From Heteronotia binoei (taxonomy: Eukaryota), in the NCBI RefSeq assembly GCF_032191835.1, contig NC_083229.1:39370001-39434000 (forward strand): DNA of 64,000 nucleotides. Direction: 5' to 3'. A model generated the notes under the pieces. It ran no database searches, was not told the DNA's origin, and saw only the letters and a program-made list of their open reading frames with translations. Of this stretch, positions 25,459 to 37,427 are shown piece by piece; the first letter of the stretch is position 1, and every line of letters starts with the position of its first letter. Both the position numbers and the translations under genes were made by a program.

Positions 25459-27044
25459 CAGTATGTCATAGAAGTGAGTACACCCCATCACATTTTGTAA
25501 ATATTTAAGTGTATCTTTTCATGTGACAACACTGAAGAAATGACACTTGGCTACGATGTAAAGTAGTGAGTCTTCAGCTTGTATAACAGTGTAAATGTGC
25601 TGTCCCCTCAAAATTACACAACACAGCCATTAATGTCTAAATTGCTGGCAACAAAAGTGAGTACACCCCTAAGTGATAATGTCCAAATGGGGCCCAAAGT
25701 GTCAGTATTTTGTGTGGCCACCATTATTTTCCAGCAGTGCCTTAACCCTCTTGGGTATAGTTTACCAGAGCTTCACATGTTGCCATTGGAGTCCTCTTCC
25801 ACTCCTCCATGACGACGTCACGTAGCTGGTGGATGTTGGAGACCTTGCGCACCTCCACCTTCCATTTCAGGATACCCCACAGATGCTCAATAGGATTTAG
25901 GTCTGAAGACATGCTTGGCCAGTCCATCACCTTTATCCTCAGCTGCTTTAGCAAGGCAGTGGTCTTTTTGGAGGTGTGTTTGGGGTCGTTACCATGTTGG
26001 AATACTGCCCTGTGGCCCAGTCTCCAAAGGGAGGGGATCATGCTCTGCTTCAGTATGTCACAGTACATGTTGGCATTCATGGTTCCCTCAATGAACTGTA
26101 GCTCCTCAGTACCAGCAGCACTCATGCAGCCCCAGACCATGACATTCCCACCACCATACTTCAGTGTTGGCAAGACAAACTTGTCTTTGTACTCACCTGG
26201 TTGCCACCACACACGCTTGACACCATCTGAACCAAATACGTTTATCTTGGTCTCATCGGACCACAGGACATGGTTCCAGAAATCCGTGTCCTTAGTCTGC
26301 TTGTCTGCAGCAAACCATTTGCAGACTTTCTTTTGCATCATCTTCAGAAGAGGCCTTCTGGGACAACAGCCCTGCAGACCAATTCGATGCAGCGTGCGGT
26401 GTATGGTCTGAGCACTGACAGGCTGACCCCCCACTCCTAACAACCTCTGTAGCAATGCTGACAGCACTCATACATCTTATTTCCCAAAGCCAACCTCTGG
26501 ATATGACGCTGAGCACGGGCACTCAACTTTTTTGGTTGACCACGGCGAGGCCTGTTCTGAGTGGAACCTGTCCTGTTAAACCACTGTATGGTTTTGGCCA
26601 CCATGCTGCAGCTCAGTTTCAGGGTCTTGGCAATCATCTTATAGCCTAGGCCATCTTTATGTAGAGCAACAATTCATTTTTTTCAGATTCTCAGAGAGTT
26701 CATTGCCATAAGGTGGCAAGTGGAACTTCCAGTGACTAGTATGAGGGAGTGAGAGCGATAACCACTAACAAGTCACATGACACCAGGGAGGGAAAACGGC
26801 TACCTGGACCCCATTTGGACATTATCACTTAGGGGTATACTCACTTTTGTTGCCAGCAGTTTAGACATTAAAGGCTGTGCGTCGCATAATTTTGAGGGGA
26901 CAGCACATTTACACTGTTATACAAGCTGTAGACTCACTACTTTACATTGTAGCCAAGTGTCATTTCTTCAATGTTGTCACATGAAAAGATATACTTAAAT
27001 ATTTACAAAATATGAGGGGGTGTACTCACTTCTGTGACATACTG
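25459..27044 (-). mobile_element. Tc1/mariner DNA transposon (IR-DR type), full length, inactive
   Basis: About 237-bp TIRs starting CAGTATGTCA with internal AAGTGAGTACACCCC repeats; TA TSD at 25457-58 and 27045-46. Transposase motifs VLWSDETK, FQHGNDPKHTS and WPSMSSDLNPIEHLW; frameshifted N-terminus. Confidence 0.95.
25742..26710 (-). pseudogene. Tc1 transposase pseudogene (DD34E)
   Basis: ORF pieces 26437-26637 (HTH, RPRRGQPKKLS) and 25742-26467 (catalytic). The second Asp of the triad appears as Gly (QHGND versus the usual QQDND). Confidence 0.88.
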
Positions 27045-28561
27045 TACTTAGACAATTTATAGTCTGCCTCTTAGCCCTATCAGGATCACCAAGGTGACTA
27101 AAACATTAAAACCATAGTACTATCAAAATTAATCATAAGCCATAACTAAAATATATGTATATAAAAATCAGACATCAGTTTAAAAGATAGGGTAGAGAGG
27201 AGGGATTGAGGGAACACCACACAAAGCAAAACAAAAAATAGTGACAGAACAGGACAGATGAATATCCTTGGTGCGGGAGTTCCACAGTCTTGGGACCATG
27301 ACTGAAAAAGTCCTCAGGTTGCCACCCTCCAAATCTCAGAAGGCTGGGGCACCCAAAGCAGGGCCTCATAAGATGAATGTAGTGGCCAGGTAGGTTTGTA
27401 TGGGAGTAAGCAGATCTGAAGGTACCTGACTGATTATAATGGTTAAATCCCACAAATTGCATGTAACAACTAGAGACATCTAGTTGCACATAACCTCCGC
27501 TGGAAGGTATATGCGGTTAGTTAACTGACCCACATCAGTATTGCTGTGTTGAGGTGGACAGGAACACTGATAGATGTAGCTGCTGTGAAGCCCTGCCTGG
27601 TGCAGAAAAAAGCTGACATAGTAACAGTGGCATATAGTAATTCCACTGAATACTTGGCAACCACATCTGTGACATGTATTTGTTCTAGCATAGCTGGCTT
27701 CTTGGAAAGAGTAAGAAGTAACACAGATTTGGATGGATGGTACTTTAATGATGCTGGCTATTCAATCCTATGTTGAGTAGCAGCTTTGCAGCAGATTGTT
27801 CTGCAGCAGCTGAGCAACTAAATTACCTAGCACCAAGTACTTCAGTAACTGTAGCAGCTGACACTGTCACTAAGTTCTGACATTTCTTAAAAGTAGGTTC
27901 TCTGTACATATAGTAGTATTCAGCTTTTAGTCATTGCTCAAGATCATCTGATCACAGGAACTCTGAAAAGGAAAATATAAGTAAATAATATGCAGCTCAG
28001 ACTCTAAAGACTGCAGCTAGAGGGAGCCTGCTTCATGCTGTCACTACTAAACTTTGTTTGAAACCACAGCAGCGTTGGTGAAGTATTCAAGCTAGAATAT
28101 TAGAAATCAGACTCTTGTATTGTGCTAAAAACATGCCACTATTACTGAAGGAAACAGCAAGACACCAGAAAGAGTATGTAACAGATACTGTGCTTTCAAA
28201 TATTCTTTGTCTACTGTCCTTATTCCCCAGTATATATATATCAGTTCATGGTGATTCTGCACATCATGTCCATTTTCCTATTCAAAGAACCCCCTCCTTC
28301 AAACATACCAGAAGATTATCGGGGCGAGACTTCAAGGTGCAACAGCTTTCCTTTCTGATCCTACTCAAGATATACAGGAATGTCATAGAGCTATCAGACG
28401 TGCCTGGGACTGCACTTTTTTAGATGAATTTGCAGACTCCTTCAAATATGGATTTATTTCTTAATGCCAGACTATTCCCTTATTAGAATGGGGTTTGATT
28501 TTTTAAATCAAAGAACTTAAGAATTCATTGAAACAAGAACATGTATGTTAAAAAAGGATAT

Positions 28562-28660
28562 GTTGTCTTGTTAGTTTTTTAACTTCAGCGTTTGCCAAAT
28601 TCTGGAATGTCATAAGATTTTCACATTTGCATGGATCTTTCTTATCTTCTGAAGGATCTC
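28562..28660 (-). CDS. MATN2: MATN2 penultimate exon (G-DPSEDKKDPCKCENLMTFQNLANAEVKKLTRQ)
   Basis: 99 nt, phase 1-1, CKCENL motif of the matrilin coiled coil; AG acceptor and AT donor. Confidence 0.93.
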
Positions 28661-30099
28661 CTGAATAGTAAGTGGAAAGTGACCATAACACACAAGCTAA
28701 GGAAACGGAATCATCCTTAGAACAAAGCCATTCAATCTAACCTATGCATACATTAAACTGTCATTAAATCAGCAATGTAGTATGCTGGAAACTGAAGGAA
28801 AAACTGGAAAATTTTTCATGACTAGATTTAGAATCTTAAGTTTAGCAGATTTAACACATAATTGGAAGTCCAATACTTTGCTGAAACAGCAATGAGTTGT
28901 GCAGAATTGCAGGCCGGATCACTGAAAGTTAAAACCAGGCAAGGGAAACGGTATCCATTACACTTTTATTTCATCTTTCCTCCACCTTACGATTCTCTCC
29001 TGTTCCATTTAACCCTCACAATAAGCCTGTGAGATAGATTAGGCTGAAAGATAGTGAGTGGCCAAGGTCACCCAGTGAATTTCCATGGCAGATTGGGGAT
29101 CTGAACTATAGCTCGACATTAACCACACTATCACTGCTCTCACAGGTGTATGGGCCAGCTACATGTTCAACAAAGGGAATATTCTTGTAAGCAACAGCAG
29201 GTCTCCCACATGCACAAAACCAAGGTCACTGTTGAAGCTAATGTTTTACACTCACAAGACTGATAGTATCTAGCACTTGATTAATGCCTTCACATTTGTC
29301 CCATACTGAAGCAGATCCTGTAGAGTTCAGATTCTAAATGTTTATCGCTACATGAGAAAAACTGCAGTGCATAGGCAGAGGGACAGGAGGAAAGTGAGGC
29401 CTAGTCCTCACTGATGAGCCCAATCTGCATCGGGAATACATCAACTAGATGTCAGGTGGAGCCTCCCATGATTGGACACTTCAATAAGCTCTTTCCACAC
29501 TGAAAACCAGATGTGAGGGATTAGTGTGACACTTGTAGTCTGAAGTGGTAGGAGTCGCCAGGACAAAGACTTACCGCCTTGATGAGAACCATTGGGTTGC
29601 AAAGCACTTTCTCAGCGGCACCAGAGATTGACAAGCTGAAGGAATGTGCTAGTGCCACTGGATTCAACCCTACAATGGACTGTCAAACCAAGGTGTGCTA
29701 GTGTCAGAGTTGTGTGTTTAAATATGGAGCTGTACCAGTTATTCCAAAAGGAATGGTTAGGGTCCACTCTTAATAGCAGAGGGATGTGAAGGAAGAGGAA
29801 TGAACCCTGTCCAAGACAGTAGCAGCTTCCTCCTGACTTTTTCTTAGTGACATGCTCCTTAGCTGGGAGAAAAGTTCTTGGGGGAAATGGAGCTACATGG
29901 ATTTAAGCTGAAAAATGTACTCCAAACACCTCACTAGTGTGCCCCTTTTGTAAATTTAAGTATCAAGAGCATCCTGATATCTCATTTGGCCCTAATTACC
30001 TCCTTTTGGAAGAAAGATGGGTCTGAAATGAATACAGTGCAACCCAATGCAGTTACTTCAGTCTAAGTTCACTGATGCAAATGTTAACTGCTTTCAGCA

Positions 30100-30600
30100 A
30101 CGCTTTCCCCATATATGCCCCGGAGGTCATTGTGATCTGCTACACAACACCTCCTGACCACTCCTGGCCTGAAGGACATCCGACTTGTCTCAATCAGGGC
30201 TTCTGCTTGGTAGAATCAGCTCCCTATGGAGATCCGGGCCCTACCTGAGTTACTGCCATTTCATAGGGCCTGCAAGACAGAGCTATTCCGCCAGGCTTTT
30301 GGTTGAGGCAGTGGGTGTCCTATTCCAGCTCTTATTCCATTAGTTCGCCTCCCTTGACATCATGTCTTACTATGGTGCTTATTACTACCATCATTTTATT
30401 TTGGGCTGATAATTGTTTATCCTATATGATGTGCCCTTCCCGCCTATGATGCACTTTATTTTGTTGTTCTTACCTGTTTAATTTTAATGTATTGTTTTAA
30501 CTCTGAATTTTAGGTTTTTATTGTTATTATTGTATGTTGTGATCCACCCTGAGCCCGTTTACGGGAACGGATGGAATATAAGCCTACTAAATAAATAAAT
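30100..30600 (+). mobile_element. L2-like LINE 3' fragment
   Basis: Ends ccaccctgagccc...aaataaataaata; body gagctattccgccaggcttttgg. Clade assignment from recall. Confidence 0.5.
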
Positions 30601-31428
30601 ACACTGCCGAACATCTGCCAAACCATGAAACTGCAGGAAAGCAATACAGATCAGTGAGAAAAGGTATGGTGTTAATAATCAGAGAGCCAGGTTGCTTTCC
30701 AGTTGCAATAGTTCTTGGATGCTTCTCCACAACACCACTGTCTGGACATCTCTCCATAGAGTTTTGTTGGTGTTTCTGTGACTTTTCTCAAACCTGTTTT
30801 GATAATATTTCCCAAATACTGTACTCAGAAGTTGGATTGAGGCAAGTGTGGAAAGGAAGGTACAAATTTGCATAGCTTCCCATCTACATCTGGTGTTATT
30901 TTCCCTTTCCCCACCTTAGCACCCTCCCAGTCAGGAAGCTTTTTCCTCTTCTTTTTAGAAATTATCAATAATAAATATATTGCTCTTTTTTCAAACATGG
31001 TAGTGATATACAAACTACTGATTAAAATAATAATGTCAAAAGGTGTGTGTGGGGAGAATCACTCTGTGTGAATTCTCCCAGTAGTGAGACTAAAACATGG
31101 CATTACCCCAATGAGGAAGCAGTCTCAAATTTGGGCTTTTCTGCATTTCCATTTTAAAGGTAAAAGTAGCCTCCAGTGCAAGCACTGAGTTATTACTGGC
31201 CCTTGGGGTGACGTTTTCTTGGCAGATTTTTTACAGGGTGGTTTGCCATTGCCTTAAATTTCTGACTCTTTGGGGTTTTCTTTCTATTCCGCTCCCTCTA
31301 GTGGTCAATTTGAGATCACACAACTTTATTTCCAGCATAGATCCAAGTAGGCTGCCGTATTGGTCTGAAGTAGTAGAACAAAATAGGAGTCAATTGCACC
31401 TTTAAGACCAACTTAGTTTTATTTAGAA

Positions 31429-31467
31429 CATAAGCTTTCGTGTGCTCTAAGCACACTTCATCAGACG
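31429..31467 (-). ncRNA. Minimal type I hammerhead ribozyme motif (left arm)
   Basis: Exact reverse complement of 31572-31610. Confidence 0.65.
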
Positions 31468-31571
31468 AGGAATCCGGCACAGTGAGCAGAGCCACGCATA
31501 GCTGGTAGGCAATGGCTCAGAATGTAAAATGGTACAGATTTAAGATCCAATGAATTACTATTCTGATTCCT

Positions 31572-31610
31572 CGTCTGATGAAGTGTGCTTAGAGCACACG
31601 AAAGCTTATG
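31572..31610 (+). ncRNA. Minimal type I hammerhead ribozyme motif (right arm)
   Basis: cgt-CTGATGA-a-GTGTGC-ttaga-GCACAC-GAAA-GCTT-atg; perfect 6-bp stem II, palindromic AGCT stem III, stem I cgt/atg. Confidence 0.65.
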
Positions 31611-32386
31611 TTCTAAATAAAACTAAGTTGGTCTTAAAGGTGCAATTGACTTCTATTTTGTTTTATTTCCAGCATCTCTCTCTGAAGATTTAAACCGTTG
31701 GTTTTTATGCTGAAAATAAACTTGTCTGATATTGAATCACTCACCAGAAGGAGCAATCCCCCCGCCAAGAAACAGGAACTTTTTTGTTGTTGTCATCAAG
31801 TCATAGCTGACTTATGACAAACCCAGATGTTCTGAGGTTTGTTTACGAGCAAGTAAAATAAGAATGAGAAAGCCCCTTAAAAATCCTTGGGTGACCTTTG
31901 GCCAGTCACTGATTCACAATCTAACCCATTTAATTGGGTTGCTGTTAGGATAAAACAGGGAGAAGAAAAACCATGTATGCATCTCTGAGTTTCTTGGAGT
32001 AAGTACAGGATAAAAATGAGATCAGCTAAGGAAAAACATTGACATTTCCATAACCCTGGAAAATCAAAGGAAGTGGCTAATACCAATACACATGCTAGAT
32101 GATGAATACTAGTACTAAATACTAGCATTAGTACACTGAGTAGTCTGGCACTCTCAATCCCACCCACCCCCCATTCTCCATATGCCTCTGCCAGAAGGCA
32201 CTGAAGAAATTGTTAGCCATCTGTAATATAGGGAATATTTTTACTTTTTTGTTTTTAATTTAAGATATTGCATTCTTACTGTTGTTAGCTGCCCTGAGCC
32301 ATGCTTGCAGGGAAGGGCAGTCTATAAATCAAAGATAATAAATAATATAAATAAATATTACCTGTGCAGGACACAAACAAATTTAC

Positions 32387-32497
32387 CTGAAACTACTGTC
32401 GATCGTGACCGTTTTTCTTCAAAAAGGTATTTGTGGTGGACTGCAAAATTGGAACAGGCAAGAACATCTTTGATTGCTAGCATAGCTGCTTCGGGTT
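32387..32497 (-). CDS. MATN2: MATN2 unique-segment exon (E-PEAAMLAIKDVLACSNFAVHHKYLFEEKRSRSTVVS)
   Basis: 111 nt, phase 1-1; matches recalled human [20 protein letters not shown]. Confidence 0.88.
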
Positions 32498-33167
32498 CTG
32501 CAGGAGAAACCACGCAGAAAGAGGTGGAGTTAAAATATTTACCAAGCCTTCTCTATTGTATATTATACAATATCTTACTGCAATTCAGCACTTTATTTAA
32601 AACATTTCCACTCCACTTTTCCACTCAATTAGAGCCTTCAAGGCAGTGAACAGTTAAAAAGACTATGAATACTAAACATATAAGCCATTTAACAAAAATA
32701 TAGCAGTAGAAGGGTCATTAGGGAACACCAAACAAAACAATGAAGATAATGATAAAGGGAATTCCACAGTTTTGGTGCCACAGCCGAGAAGGCCATTTCA
32801 TGGCCTCACATGGCAGGAATACCCAAAGCAGGACCCTACAGAAGTTATCTTGATGGTCAGGTAGGTTCATATGAGAGTAGGTGTACCTTCAGGTTCACAA
32901 GCAACTTAAAGTGAAAGAGATCAAACTAAGATAGCATCTTTCTGAAAGTTGTTTAGATTGACCCAGCACAGAAACAGAATATATTTTGTTTATAATATTT
33001 TCAGATTGTGGTGTGATGATAATGTAGCATGACTTTAGCGGAAACGAGTTAACGTAAAAAAAATGCATCTCAGTCTTACTTCCCCTGGAGAAGCAACAGT
33101 ATAAAAATGCTTAGTGAATGATCAGTTGAAGTGGAAACTCAACATATATAAGGTGAAAATATCAGAC

Positions 33168-33221
33168 CTTCAAAATATGAATCCATTAATCCTTCAGGTA
33201 AATCCTGATGGTATTTCAGAG
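33168..33221 (-). CDS. MATN2: Candidate 54-nt MATN2 exon (A-LKYHQDLPEGLMDSYFE)
   Basis: Acceptor ttcttccag, weak donor GTCTGA, phase 1-1. Gives ICE-AL.. as in human ICEALED; QDLPEGL resembles QDSPAGEL. Inferred. Confidence 0.5.
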
Positions 33222-34564
33222 CTGGAAGAAATATTGTCAAAAAGCAGTAAGAGTTATACAATGGAATTTGTTGCATAAGTCAATAATACATATAATGGAA
33301 ATACGAAAGCAAAACTGATCGTATAAGCAAACGTTGCAATAAACATTGCTTTAAATAGAATTATTTTAAGACAATAGAATACATCAAAAAGGATTATTTC
33401 TATTTGTATGGTTTATATTTTCCCAGGTTTTTTGCATTCATCTTTCATCATATGTACATCTAAACAAATCTAAACTGGAGCTTAGAGACAACAATATTTC
33501 TGCTCACAAATTGGCAACAATGCCTCTAAGTCACAGAGGTTGCCAAAGACAATGGCTAGATTCAAATTACTGTAAATGGAGCAACAGTAGTGGAATAAGA
33601 ATTTCTCCGTTTCCCCTGTCAGGGCTACTAGGGCCCCCTTAAATTCTACTCTTGGAGCTCAGGGGACAAAGTTGGGGAAGACAGCACAGGGAGCAGGGAA
33701 CAACTGGCAATAAAACATCTGTTCTACAGGCTTACTGATTACACAGCACTAGGGTTATTTATCAGGTATTTTCTCAGCTGATTACTGAGTGGGTTACTGA
33801 TTTGGCTATCTGAAAATGGCTGCCCTGAAAAATCCCCAAAAATATTTGGGATTTGTTGAGACTGCCAGATAGCCACGTTTAAAGGGCTCTCAGTCCCTTT
33901 AAATGCCTTTGGAGTACTCTCAGCCTGGAGAAGGCATTTAAAGGGACTCAGACCTTTAAATGCCTTCAGAGTTCACTCATGGCTTGCAAAAGGTATTTAA
34001 AGGGACCATGATCCCTTTAAATGCCTTCCCTCCTCCAAACAATGAAGGATGAGGGAGGCTCTGTTAAGCAATCTGGTTTAAATCGGGCTGCCAAGCAGAG
34101 CCTGCAGGAGAACTCTCCCTGCAGGATTGACTTCTGGGCAGGCTCTGTTGAGTAGTCCAATCTAAACTCCCTGCCCAGCAGGGAGGACTCTCTCTGCAGG
34201 ATCGACTCCTGGGAAGCTCTGTTGGGCAGTCTAGTCTAAACTGGACTAACCAGTAGGGAGAACTCTCTCCACAGGACTGGTTCCTGGGTAGGCTCCTGAG
34301 CCCAGGATCAGAGAGGGCGGTGGAAGCTGCCTTGGCTGGGGCTAGCTCATCTTTGCAGCTCAGTTTCTAGCAAAGAGGAGTCAGCCCAGAATTGGCCAGG
34401 GCAAGTGAAGCTCACAACTCCACCACCCAACTAGTCCTCTTTTTTCTTCTTCTCAGGTCCACTGGACCTGAAAAAATTCAAGAACCTCAAATATTTCCTG
34501 AGTCCAAATACCATACTGGTATTGGGATTCAGGAATGTTGGGAAATACCCTTTTTTGATTCAAC

Positions 34565-34701
34565 CAGGGGTGGCCAATGGTAGCTCTCCAGATGTTTTTT
34601 GCCTACAACTCCCATCAGCTCCAGCCAGCATGGCCAATGGCTGGGGCTAATGGGAGTTGTAGGCAAAAAAACATCTGGAGAGCTACTGTTGGCCACCTCT
34701 G
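34565..34701. mobile_element. Palindromic hAT-type MITE
   Basis: caggggtggccaa...gctctccagatgttttttgcctacaactcccat / atgggagttgtaggcaaaaaaacatctggagagc...ttggccacctctg; no TSD found. Confidence 0.7.
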
Positions 34702-35965
34702 TGTATCCAAATTAAAAAAAATACTAGGATTTTTTTGCACACCCCTACATACAACCTTTGGATCAGTGAAACAACTGCTGGGAGTGGAAAAATTAAGTAT
34801 CTGAACTGATCCATAAAAGTCTGCGTAGCTGGAGGATGGCTGACAGTGGTGGGTAAAAATGGAATGGTGGTCAAAAGCTGAAGAAGAGCTTTACTTGATC
34901 AAACCAGTGGTCCATCTAGTCCAGCATTCTGCCGCTAATACCAAGAGAACAGGCAGGGTTTGGGGAGGGGAGGGGAGGGGAGGGACCTCAGCATGGTATA
35001 ATGTCATGAAGTCCACCTTCCAAACCTGCCATTTTCTCCAGGGGGACAGATCTCTAAGTGAGGCTAGTTGGCGCTAACTAAAGGACATAAAGAGAAGGAA
35101 AGAGCACTGAAGAGCATTGTACTCTAGATAGGCTTCGAGCAGCTTTAGAGGTGCAGGAAACAGTTACACAGCAGAGGTGTTTAAGTTTTTTCAACAGTGG
35201 GCCACATGATCAGAAATTAGGGTTCCCAGATTCTTCCTGACAACTAGTGGAGGATTGGGGGGATTTACCGGGAGCAGCAAGAGGGCCCATTTGATGTGCA
35301 GTGACATCACTGCCCATGTGACCTGGAAGTGATGTTATCACTTCTAGGATGTCAAGTTACACTCTCATATTTGGGCAAAAGCTCTATGTTAAATTTGGCT
35401 TCTACCATATTGTTTTCGCCCAAATATCAGAGCAGTACCCTGATATGATGATGTCACTTCCAGGTCACATGAGCAGTGATGAAGATATATCGCTGCATCT
35501 TCCCCTTTTTTGAGGTAAGTTGGCCAGCTGACTGGCAACAGGGAGCCTATCAGGGAATCCTATCAGAAATTCATATGTGTACTGGCACATTAATTTTTTA
35601 ATTGATACCAGTGATGAAGTATAGCCTCTTGACTAATCAAAAATCTGGATTTTTAGTAGTAATATAAAAGTAGTCCAAATAAGAGTTTAATAAAAAAAAA
35701 TATTTGCTAAAAATCTTATATTGGCCAGGTTCTTGAGTCAAGCAGGATGCATTTGGCCTGTGGACCGATGTTGGATACCTGTGCTCTAGAAAAATTACAT
35801 ATGGAGAAACTCAGCTTTCAGTAGTCTATATCTGGATTTTTAGCCTATATCAGACACCATCCACAAGAATCTCAGGTTTCTGGAGGAGGGGTATATTGCC
35901 CTGGCATACTTTTTAGGGGGGGGGGGTTGGGTTTGTTTGTTTTTTTGCATTTGTGTGTGTGTGTG

Positions 35966-36171
35966 TGTGCCCCTGCCTGGAAGTCATGGTGACTTCATGG
36001 CAACCTACTGGGGCATGGAGGACATTTAGAGAAATGGTTTGATAGCCTGCCTCTGTCTCCCAACTCCTGGTATTATCTGGAGGTCTCCCTTCCAAATGCT
36101 TGCCATAGTTGGCCATGCTTAGCTTCTGAATTCTGATGAGATTGGGCTTGCTTGGGTTATACAGGTCAGGG
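35966..36171 (-). mobile_element. 5S rRNA-derived SINE
   Basis: gcttagcttctgaattctgatgagattggg...ggtcaggg is antisense to 5S rRNA; related to 47637. Confidence 0.6.
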
Positions 36172-37274
36172 ATCCTGGACATACTTAAGGGTAGAAACAC
36201 TTACAACTTGCTAAAAATAGTGGTGGAAAGAACAAACACCTCCCACTTCTCTCCCCCCCCCCCCCCCGCAATGATCCATCACAGTCTTCCAGGACTGTCT
36301 TGGAAATAAAGGCTAGCATATGCATTTAGCACTATCAATAATACATGTAAGGGATATAGTCAGTTATGTTGGGATAAGGAGATGCTTCCTCTCAGCCTGA
36401 TAATTCCCATAAACCATCTACTAGCTTCTGCTGGGAAAGAAAATCATTGCCATTGCTGAGACCAGAAAGTCCTGGGCTGATAAGCAGCAATGGTGGCTGT
36501 CAGATGTCTCTGCATGGTGCTTTTACATATTGACAAAGAAGGGCAGGAGAAAATGGGGAGGACAAAGGTCAACTTCTTATTAGAAGCTGACCTAAGAGTA
36601 TAGTAAAGATGTTTAGTATTCCTGCCAGGGGGAAAAAAGGAAACTATTTTAAGAACACTTGGAAAGCCAGACCCATTGATTATGTAACTGGAATGAAATG
36701 CTATGATTTCATAGGTATTCAGTTTCTACATATGTATATTTATTTTTTCTATTCTAAACATTGTTATGCATGAAAGTAAGTCCATACAAGTGATTTTATT
36801 TATTGCCACACAGCTTGGAAGTGCCAACTTGCTTCAGCAGTGTTCCTTCCAATTGAAATGTGACTACGTAATTGTAACCCACCAGACTGTCCTAAGAGAA
36901 AACTAACTCAGTACATTTCCACTCAGTGTTTCTGAAGGAACACATCATGATGCTTTTCAGTTTATTGTTGATCTTACTGCAGCCTATACAAAGAGGAGGG
37001 CATTACCAGATCTCCTGGGTTTTTGTAATTGTACATTTCATACATGACTTATTAAACTGGCAGAAGTAGTACAAATGATTATATATGTCCTTGGCCTTAG
37101 AATAAAGTTATACAATCCCCAAGTGATAAACAGCTGAAATTTACTAGTCCCCATGGTTTATTGCTCAGCATGTTTCACACGTATCTCTGTGATTTTGCAG
37201 ATGTTCAGACCAAATGGTCAGCTTGCTTGTGATAGATTTTTTGGGACCTATCTGCATTAAATTTAATTTTATAC

Positions 37275-37427
37275 CTTCACATATTCTTTTTTGGAGCTTT
37301 TCTCTTATCCCTTCCATGGCACTAAAATCTTCAGCATAGAAAAGATGTTTGTCGGGAGGGTCAGAAGCAATTTGTCGCAATTCTTCTTCAATTGCTTTCC
37401 CTACCCCAACAGCGTACATGGTAATTC
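37275..37427 (-). CDS. MATN2: MATN2 vWFA2 C-terminal exon ([35 protein letters not shown]...RICE)
   Basis: 153 nt, AG/GT boundaries, matrilin vWFA sequence. Confidence 0.96.

Larger units (their letters stand above)
25134..28561 (-). other. U12-type AT-AC intron (last MATN2 intron, 3428 nt)
   Basis: 5' site ATATCCTTT (28561-28553); branch TTTTCCTTAAT (25154-25144); 3' site ...ATTAC (25134). Junction C|TA = Leu keeps the frame. Confidence 0.93.
31339..31661. mobile_element. Penelope-like element insertion with inverted pseudo-LTRs (second family)
   Basis: 98-bp inverted arms 31377-31474 and 31565-31662; 14-bp direct repeat TTTATTTCCAGCAT at 31325-31338 and 31662-31675. Confidence 0.75.

Noticed and set aside
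30679-30873. Minus-strand ORF considered as a missing MATN2 exon
   Set aside because: No similarity to matrilin-2; exons at 32387-32497 and 28562-28660 already join in frame.
32362-32386. Alternative downstream GT donor for the MATN2 111-nt exon
   Set aside because: Adds 25 nt and changes phase, breaking the frame with the next exon.
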